From Vulcanimicrobiota bacterium (GTDB lineage: Bacteria > Vulcanimicrobiota > Xenobia > Xenobiales > JADMJV01): a stretch of DNA of 64,000 bases. Positions within the stretch are counted from its first letter, which is position 1. Every line of letters starts with the position of its first letter. The stretch lies in assembly GCA_050250895.1 (NCBI GenBank), contig JBFWNU010000001.1, forward strand, positions 3,076,891 through 3,140,890, given 5' to 3'. A program made the translations under genes and the position numbers. The notes beneath the pieces are model-generated. The model saw only the letters and a list, made by a program, of their open reading frames with translations. It ran no database searches and was not told where the DNA came from. Shown piece after piece: positions 38,012 to 46,400 of the stretch.

Positions 38012-39882
38012 GACGGGATCTGCTGGCCTTGACCCCCGACAAGCTGGCCGCTCTGGCCAATCGCGGGCTGGTCAAGCGGGCCCAGAAGATGGTGGCCGAG
38101 GCCCCGCCCAGCCTGGAGATGCTTGAGGACGGCACCCTGGTGGCCCGCGACGGCGAGGTCGAGACGCGTCTGCCGGCCGGGGTTGCTCTGACCGAGACCA
38201 GTTGCAGTTGCCAGGCCAGAATGTGCCGTCACCGGCTGGCCGCGGTGCTGGCCTATGCGGCCCTGGGCCAGACGCGCGCCGACCAGACCCTGTGGTCGCC
38301 CGGCGAGTTTAGTGATGACCAACTCGAGCAGTTGCTGGGCAGTCGCGGGCTAAGCCGCGCCAGAAGCCTGGCTAGCCAGGGGCTGGTGGGGGAGATTTGC
38401 CACGAGGAGGTTCCCACCGTCCGGCTGGCCACCACCACCGTCCGTTTTCTGGTCGAGGGACACCCCGAGCACGCTCGTTGCGATTGTCAGCAGCGGACAG
38501 CCTGCCCCCACGTGGCCCTGGCCGTGTGGTTGTGGCGCGCCGCCGAGGGCCGGCCCGGCAAGGCTTCGCTGGGTTCCGAGACCATCGAGGCCGAGGGGTG
38601 GGGGCCAGCCCTGGAAGCGGTCCACCAGCTGCTTGGCGAGGGGGTCGCGCAGGCCGGACCGGGTCTTTTGGCCAGGCTCGAGCGCCAGGCTGCCAACTTC
38701 GGGCGCTGCGGCTGGGTCTGGCCCGGCGACCTGGTGAGCGAGTTGGCTGAGCATTTGCGCCTTTACCAGGGCCGCAGCGCGGCCTACTCGGCCGATGGTC
38801 TGTGTCTGCTCTTGACCGAGGTCGAAGCCCGGGCTCGGGCCTCGAGCAGCCAGGGGGCCTGCCCGGCTCGGGTGGTCCTGGGTCTGGAGGAGGCTCAGGA
38901 GACGAGCCTGGACCACCTTGACCTGGTAGGCCTGGGGGCTCGCTTGCGACCGGGCAGTCAGGGCGTGCTGGCCGAGGTCTATCTGGCCGACCCGGCCAGT
39001 GCCACCGTGCTGGTCATGAAAAAGGAGTTTCAAGGCAGCACCGCCCCCGAGGTGGCCAACCTGCGTCTGGCCCCCGAGGCTCGACTGGCCGCTCTCGCTG
39101 CCGGCCGCCTGGTAACCGGCCAGGCCCGGCGCCGACCCAATCGGCAGTTGATGCTGGGCCGTTCACGGTTAGGCAAGACCACGGTCACGCCCCAGGCCGG
39201 CCACTGGCATGTCTTGCCGCCACCTTTGTTGGTCGAGGACTTCTCGCTCTTTCGGCGCGAGCTCGACAGCCATCCGCCGGCCTTGATTCGGGCCCGGCTG
39301 CTGGCCGAAGGGGTGCGCGTGGTGCGGGTGGCGGCGGTAGGCTCGCTGGGCTATGCGCGGGCCACCCAGACCCTGTCGGCGGAGTTGCTGGATCATCAGG
39401 GGGTCAGCCTGTTGCTACGCCGCGAGCATCGGGCTGTGGTGCCCGGGGCGCTGGATGCGCTGGCAGCGGCCCTGGAGCAGGGGCCGGCCTACGTCAGCGG
39501 GCGGGTCGATTATCAGGGGGGCCTGCACCTGGACCCGCTGGCTCTGGTCACCGACCGGGTGGTGGTGCCCGATCTGTGCGAACCCGGCCAGGCCGAGGTG
39601 GCTGCCTGGGCTGGACCACCGCCCGACCCCCTCGAGGCGGCCTTGACCGCCAGCCAGCAGCTGCTGGTGGAAGCCAGCCAGCGGGGCCTTCGCCAGTTGG
39701 GTGAGGAGTGGTCTCAGCGGGCAGAAGCCCAGTCAGTAGTCCTGGGCGAGTTCGGTCTGGCCTCCCTGGCCGAGTCACTGGCCAGACTTTCCCGCTCGCG
39801 GACCGCCGTGGATTGGCTTGATTGTGCGCTTAGAGCCGAATTGACCGGCCTTTGTCTGGCCGGATGTCACAACCCGTCATGA
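38008..39882 (+). CDS. yehQ: SWIM zinc-finger protein (YehQ-like)
   Basis: LANRGLVKRAQK; CSC..MCRH and CDC..ACPH; GTGA overlap. Confidence 0.8.
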   Translation: MRRDLLALTPDKLAALANRGLVKRAQKMVAEAPPSLEMLEDGTLVARDGEVETRLPAGVALTETSCSCQARMCRHRLAAVLAYAALGQTRADQTLWSPGEFSDDQLEQLLGSRGLSRARSLASQGLVGEICHEEVPTVRLATTTVRFLVEGHPEHARCDCQQRTACPHVALAVWLWRAAEGRPGKASLGSETIEAEGWGPALEAVHQLLGEGVAQAGPGLLARLERQAANFGRCGWVWPGDLVSELAEHLRLYQGRSAAYSADGLCLLLTEVEARARASSSQGACPARVVLGLEEAQETSLDHLDLVGLGARLRPGSQGVLAEVYLADPASATVLVMKKEFQGSTAPEVANLRLAPEARLAALAAGRLVTGQARRRPNRQLMLGRSRLGKTTVTPQAGHWHVLPPPLLVEDFSLFRRELDSHPPALIRARLLAEGVRVVRVAAVGSLGYARATQTLSAELLDHQGVSLLLRREHRAVVPGALDALAAALEQGPAYVSGRVDYQGGLHLDPLALVTDRVVVPDLCEPGQAEVAAWAGPPPDPLEAALTASQQLLVEASQRGLRQLGEEWSQRAEAQSVVLGEFGLASLAESLARLSRSRTAVDWLDCALRAELTGLCLAGCHNPS

Positions 39883-39917
39883 CAAATCGGGCTTGGGTGT
39901 TGTATTCTAGCAACGTG

Positions 39918-40190
39918 ATGAAACCGAAAATGTTGGTCCTCAGTCTGGTCGCGCTGCTCTCGACGGTTCTGGCTCCCGCCCTGGCCCACGAGCAAACGCA
40001 AGGGAAACACGAAGACCACCCCCATCACCACCAGGTGGTCGTGGTCGAGGTGGCCCAGGCTCGATACTATATCGCGACCTGCTCGCAGAATGACCTGTAT
40101 CAGCGCTTCGCCTCTCGCGAGGCCGCTTATCAGGCGGCTCAGGCCCACGCCCGTCAGACCGGGCACAAGACCGGAGTCATCAAAGAGTAG
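39918..40190 (+). CDS. small secreted His-rich protein
   Basis: Signal peptide ending ALA; HEDHPHHH. Confidence 0.65.
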   Translation: MKPKMLVLSLVALLSTVLAPALAHEQTQGKHEDHPHHHQVVVVEVAQARYYIATCSQNDLYQRFASREAAYQAAQAHARQTGHKTGVIKE

Positions 40191-40718
40191 TTACTGGCCG
40201 AGGATAATTCCCAGGCCCAATCCGAACAAGAAACCGGCCGCGGCATCGTTACCATCCTGATGATGACCGTGGCCGTGTCGATGATGGCCGTTACCATGAC
40301 CATAGCCGTGCTGGTGTCCCACCCTCGGGTTGTCGAAGTGGTGGTTGACGATGTAGCCGTCGCGGGCCACCGTGTGTTCGCCGGTACAAGAGTTGTAGCT
40401 TTCCTGGTAGCTGTGGGCGTTGCCCCAGTTGTCGTATTGGATGCTGGACTGGGTCTGCCAGCCACAGCGGTTCCAGCCGTGGGCTTCGGCCGGGGCGGCC
40501 GTGCCCAGGGTCAGGCCGGCGGCCACGACACCCAGACCGAGCACCGCGGCGGCTTTGCCAAATCCGCTGCTCTTGGGAGGGTCCCCTGCGCTCGACAGGT
40601 CGGCTACATCGGCGGGCAAGCCGGGGTCGGCGATTTCCTGGCCTTTGCTGGCCGAGGCCGAAGGGGGCGCCGTCTTGGCGGTGATGGTTCCGGCGTTGGC
40701 GCGATGGTTGACGAACAT
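40191..40718 (-). CDS. hypothetical His/Gly-rich protein
   Basis: GGAGG SD; disordered leader, internal signal-like segment, His/Gly tract, C-terminal hydrophobic tail. Confidence 0.7.
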   Translation of the reverse strand: MFVNHRANAGTITAKTAPPSASASKGQEIADPGLPADVADLSSAGDPPKSSGFGKAAAVLGLGVVAAGLTLGTAAPAEAHGWNRCGWQTQSSIQYDNWGNAHSYQESYNSCTGEHTVARDGYIVNHHFDNPRVGHQHGYGHGNGHHRHGHGHHQDGNDAAAGFLFGLGLGIILGQ

Positions 40719-40773
40719 GATATTCCTCCCAGAATTGCTGAGACCAGGTTAATTCGGCTGCGTTAAGAGATCG

Positions 40774-41811
40774 TCATCCGACCAGGCGCTGACAGAACCA
40801 GTAGAAGCCGGCCAGAGCAACCAGGATCGAACCGAGCCGAACGCAGGCGGTCCGCCACACTTGCTTGTGAACCCACAGGATGATGGGAAAGGCGATCAGA
40901 GTGATGATCAGCTGGCCCAGTTCGACGCCGACGTTGAACGATACCAGGGGAACGGCCGCTCCCCAGCCGTGGAGATGCATTTCTTGCAGGACGCTGGCAA
41001 AGCCCAGACCGTGGAGCAGTCCGAACCCTCCGGCCACCAGGGGGCGCCGATCGTGCTCGTCGGTCTCGAGCTGGGGCCAGAAGTTCAAAGCGGCCGCCAG
41101 CACGATCGAGAGGGCGATGGCGCACTCGACCAACTGACCGGGCAGACTGACCAGGTCGAAAACCGCCAGAGCCAGGCTCAAAGAGTGGGCGATGGTGAAA
41201 GCGGTGACCACCTTGACCAGCGTCCACAGCCGGCCGCCAGCCAGCAGCAGACAGAGCAGAAAGAGGATGTGGTCGTAGCCCGTCAAGATGTGGACGACGC
41301 CCAGCCCGATGAATTCCCGGATGGACTGGCGGGGTGCCTCGAGAGCCACCACCGTCTCAGGGTGTTCTTTAGTAAAGAGCAGACTGGTCGAACTCTCGCC
41401 GTTGTGGAGGACGGCCAGGGTGCGCCCGGTAGGGTCGTCGGGAGGAAATAGATCGTAGAAGATCCGCAAACCGGCCAGGGGCTGGTCAAAGCTCACTTTG
41501 AACTCGAGTCGATAGTGGCTGGGCGAGGTTTCGAGCCAGCGTGGCTCAGACGGACTGCCCTTGGTCTGGTTGGAAAACAGTTCGAAGTGGCCCTCGAGCA
41601 GAGCGGCCAGATCGACCCCGCTGAGCTCGCCTGGAGCCACTTCTCCGTCGCCGTCGCGGTCGGCGGTGGCCAGCATGGCCCGCGGCACTTTCCAGTCCAC
41701 CGTGACCATCTGGCCCTCGACCCGAAACTCGATGTACGCGTCGTTTAGGGGGTGAGCTCCAGCAGGCAGGCTCAGCCACACCAGCAGTATGACCCAGAGG
41801 TGGCGCATCAA
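40774..41811 (-). CDS. HupE/UreJ family membrane protein with N-terminal periplasmic domain
   Basis: HILTGYDHILF, TAFTIAHS, GLLHGLGFA, FNVGVELGQ. Confidence 0.9.
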   Translation of the reverse strand: MMRHLWVILLVWLSLPAGAHPLNDAYIEFRVEGQMVTVDWKVPRAMLATADRDGDGEVAPGELSGVDLAALLEGHFELFSNQTKGSPSEPRWLETSPSHYRLEFKVSFDQPLAGLRIFYDLFPPDDPTGRTLAVLHNGESSTSLLFTKEHPETVVALEAPRQSIREFIGLGVVHILTGYDHILFLLCLLLAGGRLWTLVKVVTAFTIAHSLSLALAVFDLVSLPGQLVECAIALSIVLAAALNFWPQLETDEHDRRPLVAGGFGLLHGLGFASVLQEMHLHGWGAAVPLVSFNVGVELGQLIITLIAFPIILWVHKQVWRTACVRLGSILVALAGFYWFCQRLVG

Positions 41812-41884
41812 GGGCTGCGTTCTGGTCCCTTGGGCCGATCCCCTGGAAGGAAAGACGGGTCAAAGCTGGAAGCAGGGGGCCGTC

Positions 41885-43429
41885 ATGGGGTCGGGGATTT
41901 TCCGCATACTCGCTTTGATCGGACTCTTGAGTTTGGTTGCCTTTGGGCAGCCGGCCGGCAGCCCCGGTCTGATCGATCGCGAGCCGCGCCTTACCGTTGA
42001 CAATTTTGTGTTCGAAGGCAACCACCTGGCTTCGGAGGCCGAGCTCCAGGGGGTGGTGGCCCCCTTCGTGGGCGAGTCGCTCTCGCTCGAGGAGCTGCGT
42101 CAGGTCGCCGAGCGGGTTACCGAGTACCACCTCGAGCACGGCTACAAGCTGGCCCGTGCCTATCTGCCCGAGCAAGACTTCGCCAACGGCACGGTCAGGA
42201 TACTGGTCCACGAAGGCAAGATCGATCGCATTGAAGTGGCCGGCGCGAAGTATCACTCCCCCGAGTTGATCCGGTCCTACTTTGGCGAGACCGAAGGTGG
42301 CGACTACGTCGACGGCGAGGTCATTCGGCCCTTGCTGCTCATTAACGAGTTGCCGGATGTCAAAGCCAATGTCCAGATGCAGCCGGGCAGCCAGGAGGGC
42401 ACTTCGACCATGGTCGTGACCCTCAAAGAGCGCAATCCCTTCGAGGTTTCGCTGGGTTACAACAACTACGGCACCCCCTCGACCGGCGAGAATCGGGCCG
42501 GCTTGACCCTTGCCCACAACAATCTTTCCGGGGTCGGCGACCGGCTGGCCGTCAATGGCACCTTCGGCTTTCCCGCCCGCAGCACCGCCTATCTCACCGC
42601 CGGCTACCAGCGCCCTCTCAACACCGACGGTCTATCCTTTGGCGTCAGCTACTCCAACAGCGCCTACGTGCTCGGCGGCGCTCTCGAAGTGCTCGATGTG
42701 CGCGGCGATGCCGATATCTACACGGTGTCACTGGGCCAGGCTCTGTGCCGTGCGTTGTCCCACCAGTCCGACGTCGGCCTCGATGTCACCCACGCCCGAG
42801 TGGACACCACCATTTTGGGCGGGGCCTTCTCGCGAGATGAATACACCAAGGCCCGAGTCTTCTACCAGGGCCGCTGGCTCAATCCCGAAAACCAGACCTA
42901 CCTGCGGGCCGGCTTCACCCAGGGGTTTGTCGAGCCATCGATCATTCCCAGCCGGGTAGGCGTGGGGCAGAGCTTCAGCAAGCTCAATCTGGACCTGCTG
43001 CAGATGCACCGCCTCGGGCCTCAGTGGCGCCTGGCCTTGCGGGCCAGCGGGCAGTTGGCGGACTCGCTGGTGGCGGCCGAGCAATATTCGGTGGGCGGCC
43101 CGTATACCGTGCGCGGCTATCCCCAGGGAGAACTGTTGGGCGACTCGGCCTATACCCTCGGCGGTGAACTACTGTGGTCGGTCCTGCGCGACGACCCCGA
43201 TCTGGTGAACCTGGCCCTTTTCGTCGACCACGGCGGCGCCATCCTGAGCCAGCCGCAACCGGGCGAAACCCAATCGCGCCAGTTGACCGGGGCCGGAGTG
43301 GGCGTGCGGCTCCGTTTCAACGAGGACACGCAGGCGCGACTGGACCTCGGTTTCCCGTTGTCGCCCAGCACGAATTCTCGCGGCAATTCACCGGTGATCT
43401 ATGGGGGGTTCTCGACCAGACTATGGTAA
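41885..43429 (+). CDS. two-partner secretion TpsB (ShlB/FhaC/HecB) outer-membrane transporter
   Basis: POTRA (GYKLARAYLPEQ), NNYG, VRGY motif, beta-barrel pattern. Confidence 0.9.
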   Translation: MGSGIFRILALIGLLSLVAFGQPAGSPGLIDREPRLTVDNFVFEGNHLASEAELQGVVAPFVGESLSLEELRQVAERVTEYHLEHGYKLARAYLPEQDFANGTVRILVHEGKIDRIEVAGAKYHSPELIRSYFGETEGGDYVDGEVIRPLLLINELPDVKANVQMQPGSQEGTSTMVVTLKERNPFEVSLGYNNYGTPSTGENRAGLTLAHNNLSGVGDRLAVNGTFGFPARSTAYLTAGYQRPLNTDGLSFGVSYSNSAYVLGGALEVLDVRGDADIYTVSLGQALCRALSHQSDVGLDVTHARVDTTILGGAFSRDEYTKARVFYQGRWLNPENQTYLRAGFTQGFVEPSIIPSRVGVGQSFSKLNLDLLQMHRLGPQWRLALRASGQLADSLVAAEQYSVGGPYTVRGYPQGELLGDSAYTLGGELLWSVLRDDPDLVNLALFVDHGGAILSQPQPGETQSRQLTGAGVGVRLRFNEDTQARLDLGFPLSPSTNSRGNSPVIYGGFSTRLW

Positions 43430-46400
43430 GACGCGGTTTAATCACTTTCTTGTTGCTGGCCTGGATGGGCTGGGCCTGGGCTGCCCCCGACGGGCCCGAG
43501 GTGGTCCACGGTCAGGTGCAGATCCATGGGTCCGGGGCCAACACCATCATCACCCAGGGCACCGATCGGGCCATCATCAACTGGAACGGCTTTAGCATCG
43601 ATGTTCACGAGCTGGTGCGGTTCATCCAACCCAATCAGCTTTCGGTCATCCTCAACCGGGTCGTCGGCCAGGACCCATCGGCCATCCTGGGGCAGCTGCA
43701 GGCCAACGGCCGCGTCTTTCTCATCAACCCCAACGGCATTCTCTTCGGACCCGAGTCGCGTGTCGACGTGGCCGGCTTCATGGCCAGCACCCTCGACATG
43801 CGCGATGAGGACTTCCTCAACGACCGCTACCTGCTGACGCAGAACGCCGACAAAGTGCTGGCCTCGGTGATCAACCAGGGCGAGATCCGGGTCACCGAAG
43901 GCGGCTTCGTGGTGCTGGTGGCGCCTCTGGTCTCGAACCAGGGCCTGATCGTGGCCGAGCTGGGTCAGGTGGCCCTGGGGGCCGGTCGTCAAGCCACCGT
44001 CAACTTTGACGGCCAGGGTTTGATCAATTTCCTGGTGGAGACCCCCGAAGGCCTCGAGCCCGGCACGGTGATGCTCGACCCGCAGGCGGCCGCGGGCCTG
44101 CTCTCGTCGGTGGTCAAGGACCCCGGCATCGTCGAAGCCTCGGCCCTGCCCACCGAGCTCCCCGAAGGTACCCTCATTGCCGGCGGCACCATCGATGTCA
44201 GCGGGGCCAACGGTGGCCGCGTGCTGCTCGATTCGACCCACACCACGGTAGCCAGCGGCGAGATTAACGCCAGTGGCCAGGCGAACGGGGGAGAGGTTCG
44301 CATCCTCTCCCACGGCACCTCGGTGCTCAGCGGTCAGGTCCAGGCCACCGGCCACGACGGCGGAACGGTCGAACTCAGCGGCGAGAACTTTGCCTTGCTC
44401 GGGGCGGTCGACGTGACGGGCCTGGGTGGGGTGGCCGGGCTGTTCTATCTCGACCCGGCCACCATCACCATCGTGGACGGAGCCGGGGGCTCGCTCGATG
44501 GCCTCTTTCTCAGTAATATGGGCGTCTTCTTCGCCGACGACATGCCTCCCAACACGATTTCCAAAGCTGCCCTCGAATCGGTCTCGGCGGGAGCCTCGGT
44601 GCGACTCGAGGCCACCGACCAGATCACCGTCAACGACATCGCCGGCGACCAGATCAATCTTCAAGACGGGGTCACCCTCGAGTTGGTGGTGGCCAACGGA
44701 AACGTCGTCTTCGAAGACGTCAACGACACGATTTCCACCGGTAGCGGCGGCAATCTCTTTGTGGATGTGAGCAACGGCGGGGCTACCCTGGGGCGCCTGT
44801 TTGCTCCGGACGGAAAGATCGGCATCCAGGCCCGCGACGATGTCGTTTTTCAGGACCTGGGCACGCTGGGGTTGGTGAATAATGGGTCGGTCGCCATCAG
44901 CAGTACCGATGGCGACATTTTTGGGCACAATATCGGGACCGGCTCGCTGGTGCTCATCGGCACCAACATCGGGAATAGCGATGCGCCCATCACCATCGAC
45001 GCGACCTCTCTGGCGGCCCAGGCTAGCAACGAGATCGCCCTGCACGAGACGGACGCCGACACCCTGGACGGGTTGGTCCTGCGGGCGGCGGTAGGGCAGT
45101 TCACTTCGAGCAACTTTCTCTCGGTCGACTATGGCCTCAAAGGCGACAACATCAGCCTGGTGGTCGATTCTGGCGACCTGACCATGGCTCGCAACGATCT
45201 TCAAGATCCGCTCGAGGCCACGGTGGTGGGCAACAATATCTCTTTGCAGGCCAACGGCGGTGATATCCAGGGCCTGACCAACCCCGCGCCTCCGGCCAAC
45301 GATGTCGATCTCGACATTTCCGGCGGCACTCTCAGCTTGAGCGCCGACGGCATCGCGCCGTTGACCACGCTCAATACCTCGGTCAATCAGCTTTCGGCCA
45401 CCTCTTCGACCGGCGACATTGCCATCAGCAACCGGATCGACCTGATTCTGGCCTTCCTGGACGCCGGCGATGACGCCTTCATCGACGCTCCCAACCTGAC
45501 CGTGTCAGGCGATCTCATGGCCGCGTTCGATCTCGATCTCGAGGCCACTAGCGGCTCGATCAACGGCAACACCTCGGTGCTGTCGGCGAATCGCCTCTTC
45601 TTGACGGCCAACGACAACATCGGCGCCATGTCTGCCCCCCTCCATGTCGACAGCAACATCTTCCGAGCCGATGCCGCCCATGGGATGATCAACGTGGTTG
45701 GCGAAGGCTCGCTGTTTGGGATCGATCAGGCCACGGCCGGCACCTCGGTGTCGCTGCACGCCGCCAATGGCGACTTACAGATCTTCGGCCCGGTCGAGGC
45801 CGATAGCGGACCCATCGCCCTGACCGCCACCGGTGATGTGTTGATGGCCGCGAGCGGCAGCGTCGACGGCTCCTCGATCTTTCTCGAAGGAGCGTCGGTG
45901 GGCACCGCCTCGAACCCTATCGAGATCGACGCCACCACTCTGGCCGGTCGAGCCACCAACGGTGGGTTCTTCGTTCAGGAACTCGACAGTTTCACCCAGG
46001 ACGGACTGACCATCGGAATGGTCTCGACCGACCTGGGCAGCGCCTCGGGCGTCTCGGCCACGGGGGATGTGATCCTCGAACTCCTCGACGGCGACCTGAT
46101 CTTCAACGATGGGGTCACGGCTGGCGACTTTCTCGGTATTTCGGTTAGTTTTGGCTCTGTGGCCAACAATTTCTCGGGCAACGACCTGACCGCCCACCAC
46201 GTCTCGATCAGCGCCTTTGGCATCGGCACCTCGGATGCCCCGGTGACGGTGAGCGCAGCCAATTTGGCCGCCAGCACCAGCGGTTCGATGAACCTGGCCG
46301 TCGATGGCGTGACCATCGCCGAGGTCACACCCCCCTCCGGGTCGAGCCTCTCGACCCTTTCCGGGCTGTCGGCCGGTGGCGACATCAGCCTGATGTCGAG

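Noticed and set aside
43174-43422. Extended N-terminus of the 1836-aa ORF
   Set aside because: Overlaps tpsB; the ATG at 43423 yields a proper signal peptide.
10491-45204. Long antisense or alternate-frame ORFs such as 10491-12002, 18145-19821, 20386-21807, 30481-31953, 34942-36414 and 43438-45204
   Set aside because: Shadow ORFs of well-supported genes, expected in high-GC DNA.
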